Below are positions 8,359-18,762 of a stretch of 64,000 nucleotides of DNA, piece by piece. The first letter of the stretch is position 1. Every line of letters starts with the position of its first letter. A model generated the notes under the pieces. The model was not told the DNA's origin. It did no database searches and saw only the letters and a list, made by a program, of their open reading frames with translations. The translations under genes were made by a program, and so were the position numbers. The DNA lies in contig OY762897.2 in assembly GCA_963666515.2 (NCBI GenBank), positions 128,001 through 192,000 on the forward strand, read 5' to 3'. The DNA comes from Candidatus Binatia bacterium. Lineage in GTDB: Bacteria; Desulfobacterota; Binatia; UBA9968; JAJDTQ01.

Positions 8359-9828
8359 TCAGTAGAGGAACCGGCTGCCCGGCGTGCGCGGGATGTAGCG
8401 GCCCTTGCCGGTGGCAACGATCCGGGACTTGGGCTCTCCCTCGGGCCATTCCGTCAGCACCTCGCCCCTCAGGATCGTCATGACGGGCCAGCCGGTCATC
8501 TCGCGCCCTTCGAGGATCGTCCATCCCGGACGGGTGTGGACCAGATCGTTGGTGACGGTGACCTTGCGCTTCAGGTCGACGATCACCACGTCGCCGTCGG
8601 AACCGACTTGCAGGGAGCCCTTGCGCGGGTAGAGCCCGAAGATCCTCGCGGGCGCTTCGCACATCATCTCTACCAGCCGTTGCAGCGTGATTCTCCCCTT
8701 GTTGATCCCCTCGTCGAGCATCAGCGGCAGCATCATCTCGACCCGCGACGGGAAGCCGCTGGTGGTCTTCCACACGTCGCCCGGCACCTCCATCTCCGCG
8801 CGGGTTCCGTGCGAGACCACGTGGTCCGACCCCAGGGAGTCGATCTCGCCGTTCTTGCAGGCTTCCCACAGCAGCTCCATGGTCTCCGGGTACCTGAGCG
8901 GCACGTTGATCTTCCACGTGCCCGCGGGCAGGCAGAGATACACGGGATTGCTCTGGGCATATATCTCGACGCCCTCTTCCTTTGCCTGGCGGATGGCCAG
9001 CAACGACTCGCCGGTGGTCGTGTGCTGGACGTACATGGGGCATTTGGTGATCTTGGCCAGGTAGGCGTACTGGCGGATGTGATGGGCCTCGACGAAGTCC
9101 GGGGAACGGTCCGTCCATGCCTCCATGTCCATGCGCCCCGCGTCCATCAGGCGCTGGGAAAAGACCCGGACGATCTCGAAGTTCTCGGGATGGAAGGAGA
9201 CGATCCCCGGCGGTCCGATCCTGGCGACGTTTTCCAGGGTCTTGTACACCACCCCGTCGTCGAATCCCGTGGCCAGGCCGGAGCGGTAGACGTACCAGAG
9301 CTTGGCGGCGATGTGCGGATGTTTGGCGTGGCAGTAGAACTTGTACGATGTGACGCCGTACTTCTCCGCGTACTCGACGATCTCTTCGGCCTGCTGGTCC
9401 GTCTCGAGTTGCGGCGTGAAGTAGAAATCCGTGATGCAGTTCTCCTCGCCGGTCTTGATGGCGATGTCCATGACGTCGTGAAACGAAACCACGTCCTCCG
9501 GTCTCGTGTCTTGTACGAACGGCTTCTTCCCCATCCGGGGGCTCGGGTCCTGGATGCCCCAGGTGGTGACGCCTGCGGCGGCCGCGGCCGGCGATTCGGT
9601 CTCGAAGTCGATGTCGAGAGGGAACGAGTGGCCCGGATGACCCTCGGGATCGACGAGGCCCGGCAGGACATGCTTGCCGGCGGCGTCGATGACGCGGGCC
9701 GCGTCGATCTCGAGTCCCGGTTGGAGGATGGCCGCGACCTTTCCGTCCTTGATGGCCAGGTTCGCGGGACGGGTCCCTTCACGGAAGACGACGTTTCCGT
9801 TGGTAATCAAAAGATCGACACGTTCCAT
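8359..9828 (-). CDS. Dihydroorotase/allantoinase/hydantoinase-like cyclic amidohydrolase
   Basis: IDAAGKHVLPGLVD, SYKFY, HPEN, INVPLR, LGSDH and PARIFGLYPRKGSL motifs. Confidence 0.85.
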   Translation of the reverse strand: MERVDLLITNGNVVFREGTRPANLAIKDGKVAAILQPGLEIDAARVIDAAGKHVLPGLVDPEGHPGHSFPLDIDFETESPAAAAAGVTTWGIQDPSPRMGKKPFVQDTRPEDVVSFHDVMDIAIKTGEENCITDFYFTPQLETDQQAEEIVEYAEKYGVTSYKFYCHAKHPHIAAKLWYVYRSGLATGFDDGVVYKTLENVARIGPPGIVSFHPENFEIVRVFSQRLMDAGRMDMEAWTDRSPDFVEAHHIRQYAYLAKITKCPMYVQHTTTGESLLAIRQAKEEGVEIYAQSNPVYLCLPAGTWKINVPLRYPETMELLWEACKNGEIDSLGSDHVVSHGTRAEMEVPGDVWKTTSGFPSRVEMMLPLMLDEGINKGRITLQRLVEMMCEAPARIFGLYPRKGSLQVGSDGDVVIVDLKRKVTVTNDLVHTRPGWTILEGREMTGWPVMTILRGEVLTEWPEGEPKSRIVATGKGRYIPRTPGSRFLY

Positions 9829-9848
9829 GCGCGACTCCTTTCACTGAA

Positions 9849-10838
9849 TCACAGGCAGCCAAATTCCTTGTAGTAGCGCTCGGCCCCGGGGTGCAGCGGC
9901 ACGACGCATCCGGTGCACAGATGTTCCGGCGTGATGGGGACCTCGATGTCCCTCAAATGAGGCGGCAGGTCCTTGTAGGGGGCGGCGATCCGGTCCCTGC
10001 GCTCCATGCTCGTCCGCGCCAGCAGATAGGCGATCTCCTCCGGAAGATCGGCCCGGCAAAACAGCAGCCAGCCGCCGAAGCTCAGGGTCAGAAGGTCGCG
10101 CTCGATTCCCTTGAGGCGGCCCGCGGGGATGATGGCCGGATCGTATCCGTAGGTCTGCTGCATGTGCGCCACGGCCCGCGGGTCCAGGGGCAGGGCGCGC
10201 ATGGGCCTAGCGTTGGCCAGCTCTTCCCAGGATTCGTCGTGGACGCCTTCCTGGAAGACCGCGTTTCCCTCGCCGCGCTTGACCATGGGCACGCCGACGA
10301 CGGCGGGGCCTGGGAACAGCACCTGGCCTCCCCAGGAGTTGATGTCGTCGTAGCTGAAACCGTACCACTTCATGACCTGCTCCACGGTCCACGTCAGCGT
10401 GTCCGGGCCCGTGGGCCCAACCCGCCCCGACACCAGGGTCATGGCCGGCTTGCGCGCCGCGATGTCCTCCATGGAGTGGATGCCGAGCTCTTCCGCCACG
10501 AGCCAGAAGATGTAGTCGGGTTCGGGGAATCGCGCGATGGCTCGCAACTCGCCGACGCTGGCATGGAACAACCCTTTCCCCTCAGTGGCCATCCTCGCAT
10601 TCACGGGCGGGTTGGTGATGCCCACGTCGGCCAGCCCGGCGCCCACGGTCTTGGGGTTCTCCAGGGACCCGAGCCCGAACCGGCCCGTGAAGACGCCGAC
10701 GCTCGCGATCAGTCCCGGTTCTTCGCGATAGCCGTTCAAGCCTTCGGCCAACTCGTCGGTGATGCGCCACCAGGGATGGGACGGGGAATGGGACGCGATT
10801 CTGAGGATGTAACCGCCGCTGTGATCTTTCTCGGGCAT
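9849..10838 (-). CDS. TAXI-family TRAP solute-binding-like protein
   Basis: GSLENPKTVGAGLADVGI, LRAIARFP, RADLPEEIAY and C-terminal VPLHPGAERYYKE signature. Confidence 0.75.
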   Translation of the reverse strand: MPEKDHSGGYILRIASHSPSHPWWRITDELAEGLNGYREEPGLIASVGVFTGRFGLGSLENPKTVGAGLADVGITNPPVNARMATEGKGLFHASVGELRAIARFPEPDYIFWLVAEELGIHSMEDIAARKPAMTLVSGRVGPTGPDTLTWTVEQVMKWYGFSYDDINSWGGQVLFPGPAVVGVPMVKRGEGNAVFQEGVHDESWEELANARPMRALPLDPRAVAHMQQTYGYDPAIIPAGRLKGIERDLLTLSFGGWLLFCRADLPEEIAYLLARTSMERRDRIAAPYKDLPPHLRDIEVPITPEHLCTGCVVPLHPGAERYYKEFGCL

Positions 10839-11091
10839 TCGGTCGTCACCCTCCTTCGGGTGTGATTCGGGGCCAGGGAGCCCGTTTCCGGCCCGGACAA
10901 TAGCATCGGCTTTTTTCCCAGGTCAAATACGCCGGGGCCGCCTATGGAACAGTCTTGCGCGGACGTTCGTGTCTGCCCTATACAGGGCGAGTGGGTGGAT
11001 CGGAGGTGCCCGGCAGACGGTATGTCCCCAGGAAGCCGGGCCGGTATTTGTATCCCGTGTGAGGACGGTCGGAGCGCGAAGGGATACGGAG

Positions 11092-12537
11092 ATGGAAGAG
11101 CGGGACCTGGAAGCACTGACGATTTCACGGTTGGCCGGGCGGATCGAGAGCCGGGAGGTATCTCCGGTCGATCTGACGAATCTCGTGTTCGAGCGGATCG
11201 AACGGCTGAATCCCGTCCTGAACGCGTACGTGACGCTGACGAAGGAGCAGGCGCTCGCCGATGCCGGCGCCGCGGCCAAGGAGATCGAGAGCGGGCACTA
11301 CCGCGGCCCGCTCCATGGAGTCCCCGTTTCCATCAAGGACAACATCGCCATCCAGGGCGTTCGCACCACCGCGGGGTCGAAGACGCTTTCCGACTGGAAG
11401 CCCGATCACGACGCAACGGTGGTGACCAGGCTCAGGGCCGCGGGCGCCGTGATCCTGGGCAAGACCCACATGCACGAGTGGGCCAAGTCGAGCCATACCA
11501 ACAACGTCTTCTACGGTCCCAGCCGCAATCCCTGGGACGTGACCCGCGCCACCGGCGGGTCGAGCGGCGGCTCCGCGGCCGCGGTGGCGGCGAGCCTGGG
11601 CTTGGCGTCCATCGGCACCGACAGCGCCGGCTCGGTGCGGAATCCCGCGGGGCTCTGCGGCATCGCCGGTCTGAAGCCCACCCACGGGAGAGTGAGCATG
11701 TTCGGCGGCGTCCCCGGCACGGGGCCCGCTGCCATCAATCACTTCGGCGTGCTGGCCAGGACGGTGGAGGACTGTTCGCTGGTGCTGAACTGCATCGCCG
11801 GCGTGGACCCGCAGGATCCCGTCAGCGCCGACGTGCCCGTGCCGGACTATTCCGGCGGCATCGGGAAGGACGTCGGCGGACTGAAGGTGGGACTGATCCG
11901 GGACTACTTCGACGGCTTGATGTTCGACGAGGTCCGGCAGGTCTTCACGGAGGCCGTGGCTTTCCTCGGCTCCATCGGACTCGCCACCGAGGAGGTCGAG
12001 GTCCCGCACATGGAGCTTCTGCCGGCGGCGCAGGCGTGCATCGCCCGGGTGGAGGACATGCCGGACCACGACCACTACCTGCGCACCCGGCCGCGGGACT
12101 ACAGCCCGGGGATGCTGAGGAACCTCATCGGATCGCTGCTGATATCCGGCAGCGCCGTCAACACCGCGCACCGGGTGCGGCGGCTTGTCTACGAGGGATT
12201 CGAGCGGGCCTTCGAGCGCGTCGACGTGATCGTAGTCCCCACCACCGCCTTTCCCGCGCCCACCATCGAGGAGCTGGACCGGGGCTCCGCCCGCATCGAC
12301 GGGCGGGACGTCCGGCTCTCGGACCACCGCGGCAACCTGTTCACGCTGTGCACGATCCCGTTCAACCAGACCGGGCTGCCGGCCCTCAGCGTGTGCTGCG
12401 GCTTTTCCTCCTCGGGCCTGCCCATCGGCATGCAGATCGTCGGCAGGCCCTTCGACGAGGAGACGGTCCTGCGCGTCGGCCACGTCTACGAGCGCGCCGC
12501 GGGGTGGTACAAGAGGACACCGGAGCTGCCGGGATGA
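11092..12537 (+). CDS. Amidase signature family enzyme
   Basis: GPLHGVPVSIKDN, GGSSGGSAAAVAA and GTDSAGSVRNPA; likely start MEERDLE at 11092. Confidence 0.92.
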   Translation: MEERDLEALTISRLAGRIESREVSPVDLTNLVFERIERLNPVLNAYVTLTKEQALADAGAAAKEIESGHYRGPLHGVPVSIKDNIAIQGVRTTAGSKTLSDWKPDHDATVVTRLRAAGAVILGKTHMHEWAKSSHTNNVFYGPSRNPWDVTRATGGSSGGSAAAVAASLGLASIGTDSAGSVRNPAGLCGIAGLKPTHGRVSMFGGVPGTGPAAINHFGVLARTVEDCSLVLNCIAGVDPQDPVSADVPVPDYSGGIGKDVGGLKVGLIRDYFDGLMFDEVRQVFTEAVAFLGSIGLATEEVEVPHMELLPAAQACIARVEDMPDHDHYLRTRPRDYSPGMLRNLIGSLLISGSAVNTAHRVRRLVYEGFERAFERVDVIVVPTTAFPAPTIEELDRGSARIDGRDVRLSDHRGNLFTLCTIPFNQTGLPALSVCCGFSSSGLPIGMQIVGRPFDEETVLRVGHVYERAAGWYKRTPELPG

Positions 12538-12563
12538 AGGACGTGATGGCGACATATCGAACC

Positions 12564-12599
12564 CGTCATTCCGGCGAAAGCCGGAATCCAGGGGTGGAG
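12564..12599 (+). repeat. REP-like palindromic element, copy 1
   Basis: CGTCATTCCGGCGAAAGCCGGAATCCAGGGGTGGAG with a GAAA-loop hairpin; 34/36 identical to the copy at 41504-41539. Confidence 0.8.
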
Positions 12600-12652
12600 G
12601 GGCCGAAGGGGTAGCTCCGTGAGTTGAGTTGATTCCCGTCAGGGAGGTGACC

Positions 12653-13495
12653 ATGCCGCGCGTAGCGGTCGCACAGTTCAGCGGGAACGTGGATTGGCGG
12701 GAGAACATCGCCGCGGTGCGCCGGCTCGCGCGGCGCGCGGCCGAGGCGGGCGCGGACATGGTCTGCTTCCACGAGGTGGCCAGCACCATCTATCCCGCGT
12801 TCACCAACGACCCGGAGTTCTTCCGGCTGGCCGAGCCCGAGGACGGCCCGTCCGTGACGGAGGCCCGGAACATCGCGCGGGAGGCGGGTCTGGCGCTGGT
12901 CTACCCGTTCTTCGAGCGGGAGGGGGAGCACTACTACAACAGCGCGGTGGTGTTCGGCCGCGACGGCGGGCGGCTCACCAAGTACCGCAAGAACACGATT
13001 CCCAGCGGACTCGGGCGGCTGGTGGGCACCACCGGCAGCGAGGAGTACTACTTCCGGCCGGGGGACCTGGGGTTCCCGGTGGTGCAGACGGACCTGGGCG
13101 TCAAGCTCGGCCTCAACATCTGCTACGACCGGAACCTGCCGGAACCGGCCCGGTGCGCGGCCCTGAACGGCGCCGAACTGCTGTGCGTGCCGGTGACCAG
13201 CACCCAGCGGGCGCGCTCGCGCTGGGAGATGCTGCTGTGCGCGCGGGCGGTGGAGAACGTCATGTACGTGGCGGCGCCCAACCGGGTGGGCGTGGACCGA
13301 GGCGGGGCGCCCGAGTTCTATTTCGGCGAGAGCCTGATCATCAACCCGCGCGGCGAGATCGTCGCCCACGCCAGCGCCACCGAGGAAGACGTGGTGTGGG
13401 CCGACCTGGACCTCGACCTGCTGGAGAGCCAGCGCAAGAACTGGATATTCTTCACGGACCGCAGGCCCGACCAGTACGCGGCCATCAGGCGGTGA
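12653..13495 (+). CDS. Carbon-nitrogen hydrolase (nitrilase superfamily)
   Basis: E-K-C triad in CFHE, YRKN and NICYD; RAVEN and DRRPDQY motifs; GGAGGT RBS before ATG 12653. Confidence 0.9.
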   Translation: MPRVAVAQFSGNVDWRENIAAVRRLARRAAEAGADMVCFHEVASTIYPAFTNDPEFFRLAEPEDGPSVTEARNIAREAGLALVYPFFEREGEHYYNSAVVFGRDGGRLTKYRKNTIPSGLGRLVGTTGSEEYYFRPGDLGFPVVQTDLGVKLGLNICYDRNLPEPARCAALNGAELLCVPVTSTQRARSRWEMLLCARAVENVMYVAAPNRVGVDRGGAPEFYFGESLIINPRGEIVAHASATEEDVVWADLDLDLLESQRKNWIFFTDRRPDQYAAIRR

Positions 13496-13542
13496 CTCAG
13501 GACGTTAGAGGCAGGACCCGAGTCGAAGTCACGGAGAACCAC

Positions 13543-15645
13543 ATGGAGTACAACCTGGGCGTGGATATCGGCGGCACCTTCACCGACTGCGTGGTCGTGG
13601 ACGAAACCGGCGAGCTGACCGTGGGCAAGTCGCTGTCCACGCCGGACAACTTCGCTCTCGGGGTCCTCAACGCGGTGCGCAATGCCGCGGAGCACCTGGG
13701 CATGACCGGCGAGGAAGCGCTGCTGCACACCGCCAGGCTCTTCTTCCACGGCTGCACGGTGGGGGACAACACGCTGCTCACGCGTTCGGGGGCCAGGACC
13801 GGGCTCATCACCACCAAGGGGTTCGCCGACAGCATCTACATGATGCGCGGGCGCATGACCGAAGGGCTCACCGAGGCCGAGACCGCCCATTTCTACGCCC
13901 TCACCAAGCCGGACCCGCTGGTGCCCCGGAGGCTCATCGGGGAGGTGAAGGAGCGCGTCGACTACAAGGGCGCGGTGGTGGTGGAGTTGGACCTCGACGA
14001 GGCCGCGGCCGTGGTGGACCGGCTGGTGGCCGAGGGGGTGACCGCGGTGGCCGTCTCGCTGCTGTGGTCCATCGCCAACGACAGCCATGAAAGGGCGCTG
14101 GAGGAACTGATCAAGGCGCGGCATCCCCACCTGTTCGTGAGCTTGTCCTCGGAGGTGGCGCCTTACCTGGGCGAGTACGAACGCACCATCACCACCATCT
14201 TCAACTCCTACATCGGCCCTACCATCTCGTCGTACCTGTCCAACCTGCGCGAATCCCTGTCGGCCAAGGGGCTGCACAACGCGCCGCTCATCATGCAGGC
14301 CTACGGCGGCGTGCTCGACAGCGACGCGTGCGTGCGCCGGGGCGTGGGCCTGGTGGAGTCGGGGCCGGCCGCGGGCGTGGTAGGGGGGCAGTACTTCTGT
14401 GACAAGATCGACGAGCCCAACATGCTGGTCACCGACATGGGCGGCACCACCTTCAAGGTGGGGCTGGTGCGGGAAGGCCGCATCGAGAAGAACTACAGCC
14501 CGGTGATCCTGCGCCACGCCGTGCTGGCCACCAAGATCTGGGTGGAGTCCATCGGTGCCGGCGGCGGCAGCATCGGCTGGGTGGACGAAGAGAAGGGACT
14601 CATGAAGGTGGGACCCCAGGGGGCGGGCGCCAAGCCCGGGCCGGCGAGCTACGGTCTGGGCGGCACCGAGCCCACGGTTTCAGACGTCGACCTGGTGCTG
14701 GGGTATCTGAACCCCGATTATTTCCTGGGCGGGCGCATGACGCTCGACCGGGAGGCGGCGGAGCGGGCCATCCGGGAGAAGGTGGCGGACCCCTTGGGCA
14801 TGAGTCTCACCGATGCCGCCAGCGGGCTCTACCGCATCACCAACGCCCAGATGGCGGACCTGATCCGCCGCGCCACGGTGGAGCGCGGCCACGATCCCCG
14901 GAACTTCGTGCTGTTCGTGGAGGGCGGGGCCGGGCCGGTGCACTGCGGGCGGTACGCCGCGGAGTTGGGGATCCAGGAGGTGGTGGTGCCCATGACCTCG
15001 TCGGTGCACGGCGGCCTGGGCCTTTTGGCTTCGGACGTGGTGTTCGAGTACGGCAAGGCGGAACGGCTGGTGTATCCGCCGGACCCGGCCGCGGTCAACG
15101 CCACCTTCGCGGGGCTGCTGGACAAGGCCCGCGCGGACCTCGAGAAGATGGGGTTTGCGGGCGAGGAAATCGCCGTCATCCGCAGCCTGGACATGCGCTA
15201 CCGCTTCCAGTGCCACGAGTTGAACGCCGAGTTGCCGCCGGGGACCGCCGAGTTGGGCATGGAGGACTTCCAGTGGCTCGACCAGGCCTTCGACGATCTG
15301 TACGAGAAGTCCTACGGTCCGGGGTCGGGCTACCGTGAGGCGGGCAAGGAGATCATCACCTTCCGGCTGCGCGCGGTGGGCAAGATCCAGCACCCCAACA
15401 TCAAGCGGTACGCCATGGGCGCCGCGGACCCCGGCGACGCCTTCAAGGGGAAGCGCGACGCCTACTTCGAGCAGGAACGGGATTTTCTCCCCGCCGACAT
15501 CTACGACTTCGACCGGCTCAAGCCCGGCATGGAGATCCGGGGCGCCGGGATCGTCGAGAGCCCGGTGACCACCATCGTCGTCGGCCCGGGCGACACCGCG
15601 GTGATGGACGAGTACCGCAACATCAGGATGCACGTGCAGGTATGA
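13543..15645 (+). CDS. Hydantoinase/oxoprolinase A subunit (ATP-binding)
   Basis: True start MEYNLGVDIGGTFTD at 13543; SGPAAG, TDMGGTTF, IGAGGGSI and AGAKPGPASY motifs. Confidence 0.92.
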   Translation: MEYNLGVDIGGTFTDCVVVDETGELTVGKSLSTPDNFALGVLNAVRNAAEHLGMTGEEALLHTARLFFHGCTVGDNTLLTRSGARTGLITTKGFADSIYMMRGRMTEGLTEAETAHFYALTKPDPLVPRRLIGEVKERVDYKGAVVVELDLDEAAAVVDRLVAEGVTAVAVSLLWSIANDSHERALEELIKARHPHLFVSLSSEVAPYLGEYERTITTIFNSYIGPTISSYLSNLRESLSAKGLHNAPLIMQAYGGVLDSDACVRRGVGLVESGPAAGVVGGQYFCDKIDEPNMLVTDMGGTTFKVGLVREGRIEKNYSPVILRHAVLATKIWVESIGAGGGSIGWVDEEKGLMKVGPQGAGAKPGPASYGLGGTEPTVSDVDLVLGYLNPDYFLGGRMTLDREAAERAIREKVADPLGMSLTDAASGLYRITNAQMADLIRRATVERGHDPRNFVLFVEGGAGPVHCGRYAAELGIQEVVVPMTSSVHGGLGLLASDVVFEYGKAERLVYPPDPAAVNATFAGLLDKARADLEKMGFAGEEIAVIRSLDMRYRFQCHELNAELPPGTAELGMEDFQWLDQAFDDLYEKSYGPGSGYREAGKEIITFRLRAVGKIQHPNIKRYAMGAADPGDAFKGKRDAYFEQERDFLPADIYDFDRLKPGMEIRGAGIVESPVTTIVVGPGDTAVMDEYRNIRMHVQV

Positions 15646-15698
15646 CGTGCAGGGCGCGGCCGCGGTGAATCGCGGGACCGCCAACCGGGGAGCATTCC

Positions 15699-17849
15699 AT
15701 GGCTGAACCCAAGCTGTCCGTCGATCCGGTCACCTTCGAGATCCTCTCGCACCGGCTCTACCAGATCACCCAGGAGATCGGCACCACCCTGGAGCGGGTC
15801 GGAGGGACCGTCAACACCACCCAGATGCGCGACTACCTGGCGGGCCTCTACCAGCCCAACGGCGATGTCCTGTGCGCGGGCGACGCCATGGCCTGGCACG
15901 TGGGCTGCGCCGGGGTGGCGGTGCGCCGCATCATCGAGCGCTTCACCGACGAGGGCGGGATCTTCCCCGGCGACATGTTCCTGATCAACGATCCCTACCT
16001 GGCGGCCATCCACCAGCCGGACATGTACGTGGTGTCGCCCATCCACGTGGACGAGCGCCTGATCGGCTGGAGCGCCACCTTCGTGCACGTGGCCGACGTC
16101 GGCGCCATGTCCCCCGGCGGGAACTCGCCGGGCGCCACCGAGATCTGCCACGAGGGCATCCGCATCCCCGGCCTCAAGCTCATCGAGCGCGGCAAGATCC
16201 GCCGGGACGTGTTCGACACCATCACCAACATGACCCGGCAGCCGGTCATGGTGGGCCTGGACTTCAAGTGCGAGATCGCCGCCAACAACGTGGGCCGGGC
16301 CAGGATGCAGGAGCTGTACCGCCACTACGGCGTGGAGCTGATGGAGAAGGTCACCAGCGAAATGCTCGACCACACCGCCAGCGTGCTGCGCCGGCGCCTC
16401 CTGGAAGTGCCCGACGGGGTCTGGCGCGCCCAGGGCAACATCGAGGCCGGCGACAACCTCTGGAACATGGAGGTGCAGCTCACGAAGAAGCGGGACCTCC
16501 TGACCTTCGACTTCACCGGCACCGACAAGCAGGCGCCGGTGGGCATCAACCTGCCCTATCACGCCACCGTGGGCGCGTGCTTCGAGTCGCTGCTCCAGAC
16601 CCTGGGATACGACCTCCCCAAGAACCACGGGCTGTTCCGCGTCATGGAGGTCATCGCGCCCGAGGGCACCATCGTGAACCCCACCTATCCGGCGCCGGTA
16701 TCCCTCAACACCACCTCCGGCGGCGCGGTGGCCCGTTTCCTGGCCGGCAGCACGCTCATCCAGATGATCGGCACCAGCGAGAAGTGGTCGAAGGAGGTCA
16801 CCGCTCAGACCCTGGGGACGCGGCTCGCGCGCCACGCCGGGGTGAACCAGACCGGAGGGTACTACGTGTCGACGCTCGTGGGGCTCGGCGGCATCGGCGC
16901 GCGCTCCTGGGGCGACGGCATCAACACCGCCGGCATCGAGATGGGCCGGCCTTCCACCGTGCACAACGTCGAGTGGGTGGAGGCCAACTTCCCGCTGCTG
17001 TACCTCTACCGCCGCCACCTCCAGGACGGCGCGGGCGCGGGCAAGTACCGCGGCGGCGCGGGCGAGGAGTCCCTGCTCATGACCCACGACGCCCCGGAGG
17101 CCAAGATCCAGATCGTCGCCCTGGGGGTCGCCGGCTTGAGAAACTCGGGGTTCGGCATCTACGGCGGCCATCCGGGCGCCCCCAGCATCCTGGTGCACGT
17201 GGAAGACAGCGACGTGCAGAAGGCCGTGGCGGACGGCACCCTTCCCGACGAGCTGGCAGAGGCTGGCGGCACCCACAACCTGCTGGGCTACCGCGACCTC
17301 CGCCTGAGCGCCGACGATCTGCTCTACCTGCGCTGCGCCAACGGCGGCGGCTACGGCGATCCGCTGGAGCGGGAACCGCAGAGCGTGGCCGAGGACGTGG
17401 TGGATGGCTTGGTGTCGCGGGAAGCAGCGGAGTCCATCTACGGCGTCGTGTTCGCCCCGGGTGACGGCGTGGATGACACAGCCACCCGCGAGAAGCGCGA
17501 GTCCCTCAAGCGCGAGCGGCAGGCGGCGGTCACCCGCACGACGGCCGTTGCCGAGCCCCCCGCCGTGGGAACGGGCGCGGTCCGCCATCCTCTCCAGGAA
17601 TCCCTCGAGTTGTGTGACCTCGGCGACCGCGCCTGGGTCCAATGTGCCCGGTGCGGCCATCTCCTGTGCGAGAGCGACAGCGATTGGCGGGAAGCCTGTT
17701 CCCTGGGCGCAGCCCCGCCCACCCAGGCCGGTCCCCTGATGGACCTGCTGTTGGACCAGTACGAGTTCCAGCGTTGGTATTGCCCCGGTTGCGGCGTGCT
17801 GCTCGATTCGGAGATCGCGGCGGTCAATCTTTCCGACCGCAACCAGTAA
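15699..17849 (+). CDS. Hydantoinase/oxoprolinase B subunit with C-terminal Cys-rich domain
   Basis: [12 protein letters not shown]...[24 protein letters not shown] and [10 protein letters not shown] motifs; C-terminal CARC...CPGC. Confidence 0.92.
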   Translation: MAEPKLSVDPVTFEILSHRLYQITQEIGTTLERVGGTVNTTQMRDYLAGLYQPNGDVLCAGDAMAWHVGCAGVAVRRIIERFTDEGGIFPGDMFLINDPYLAAIHQPDMYVVSPIHVDERLIGWSATFVHVADVGAMSPGGNSPGATEICHEGIRIPGLKLIERGKIRRDVFDTITNMTRQPVMVGLDFKCEIAANNVGRARMQELYRHYGVELMEKVTSEMLDHTASVLRRRLLEVPDGVWRAQGNIEAGDNLWNMEVQLTKKRDLLTFDFTGTDKQAPVGINLPYHATVGACFESLLQTLGYDLPKNHGLFRVMEVIAPEGTIVNPTYPAPVSLNTTSGGAVARFLAGSTLIQMIGTSEKWSKEVTAQTLGTRLARHAGVNQTGGYYVSTLVGLGGIGARSWGDGINTAGIEMGRPSTVHNVEWVEANFPLLYLYRRHLQDGAGAGKYRGGAGEESLLMTHDAPEAKIQIVALGVAGLRNSGFGIYGGHPGAPSILVHVEDSDVQKAVADGTLPDELAEAGGTHNLLGYRDLRLSADDLLYLRCANGGGYGDPLEREPQSVAEDVVDGLVSREAAESIYGVVFAPGDGVDDTATREKRESLKRERQAAVTRTTAVAEPPAVGTGAVRHPLQESLELCDLGDRAWVQCARCGHLLCESDSDWREACSLGAAPPTQAGPLMDLLLDQYEFQRWYCPGCGVLLDSEIAAVNLSDRNQ

Positions 17850-17857
17850 GGGACGAC

Positions 17858-18355
17858 ATGACCATCAAGACTCGTGTGCGAAGCCTGGCCGGTGGCGATG
17901 CGGCGCTCTTTCGGCGTTTACTCGACTTGTTCGGCGACGCATTCGAGGCGTCGGAGACCTATCGCGCCCGTCAGCCGGACGATGACTATATCGAGCGGTT
18001 GCTGGCGAAGGACCACTTCATCGCGCTGGCAGCGTTCGATGCCGAGGACCAGATGACAGGGGCTCTTACCGCCTATGAACTGCAAAAATTCGAGCAGGCG
18101 CGCAGCGAGATCTACATCTACGATCTCGCGGTCCGCGCCGAGAACCGGCGGCAGGGCGTAGCGACCGGCCTGATCCGCCATCTTCAGGACTTGGCGGCCG
18201 AACGCGGGGCTTGGATGATCATCGTGCAGGCCGACCCCGTGGACGAACCGGCGGTCGCTCTCTACACCAAGCTCGGCAGGCGGGAAGACGTGCTTCACTT
18301 CGACATAGATGTGCCGAGCATCGCCGACGCTGCCGCCCGCCCTCCTGCTTCGTGA
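17858..18355 (+). CDS. AAC(3)-I-like GNAT acetyltransferase
   Basis: [40 protein letters not shown] and [28 protein letters not shown] are the AAC(3)-I family signatures. Confidence 0.85.
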   Translation: MTIKTRVRSLAGGDAALFRRLLDLFGDAFEASETYRARQPDDDYIERLLAKDHFIALAAFDAEDQMTGALTAYELQKFEQARSEIYIYDLAVRAENRRQGVATGLIRHLQDLAAERGAWMIIVQADPVDEPAVALYTKLGRREDVLHFDIDVPSIADAAARPPAS

Positions 18356-18399
18356 CCGCCGAGGCTGAGGTGGTCCTCCGTGAATGCGGCACCCGGCGG

Positions 18400-18693
18400 T
18401 CAGGCGGTGGCGAACCTCCTGACCTCGACCGGCTTGCGGTCATGCTGCGCGTGCCAGAGGTCGTACTGCATCTGCTGGGTCAGCCAGCTTTCAGGGCTGC
18501 CGCCGAAGGCCTCCGACAACCGGATGGCCATCTCGGGGGATATGCCGAGGCGGCTGTTGAGCAGCATGGACAGCGTGTTGCGCGATACCGCGAGCCCCCT
18601 CGCGGCCTCGGTCACCGTCAGGCCCAAGGGTTCGAGGCACTGGCGCCGGATGAATGAGCCCGGATGGGGCGGATCGTGCATGAGCATGGGCAT
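18400..18693 (-). CDS. higA: HigA family antitoxin (HTH)
   Basis: MHDPPHPG...[12 protein letters not shown]...[29 protein letters not shown]; GGGAGG RBS upstream. Confidence 0.9.
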   Translation of the reverse strand: MPMLMHDPPHPGSFIRRQCLEPLGLTVTEAARGLAVSRNTLSMLLNSRLGISPEMAIRLSEAFGGSPESWLTQQMQYDLWHAQHDRKPVEVRRFATA

Positions 18694-18700
18694 TGCCTCC

Positions 18701-18762
18701 CTAGCGGTAGTCCAGGTAGTCGACATCAGCGGCGTGGCCTTCGTCAAAACGGAAAATAAGGC
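18701..18762 (-). pseudogene. higB: 3' remnant of a higB toxin gene
   Basis: Minus frame reads [19 protein letters not shown], matching the HigB C-terminus (FRF...DVDY.DYH), directly upstream of higA; no N-terminal part is visible. Confidence 0.65.
18721..18748 (+). repeat. 28-bp direct repeat, left copy
   Basis: CGACATCAGCGGCGTGGCCTTCGTCAAA, identical to 33174-33201. Confidence 0.95.

Noticed and set aside
6902-9118. 738-aa ORF suggesting an extended UbiD
   Set aside because: The extension overlaps the amidohydrolase in another frame; UbiD homology starts at 8329.
12694-15645. 983-aa ORF suggesting a nitrilase-hydantoinase fusion
   Set aside because: The upstream part is an off-frame shadow of the nitrilase gene; the real start is 13543.
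18353-18402. Inverted repeat after the AAC(3)-I-like gene as an attC site
   Set aside because: Lacks RYYYAAC/GTTRRRY ends and there is no integron integrase; more likely a hairpin between convergent genes.
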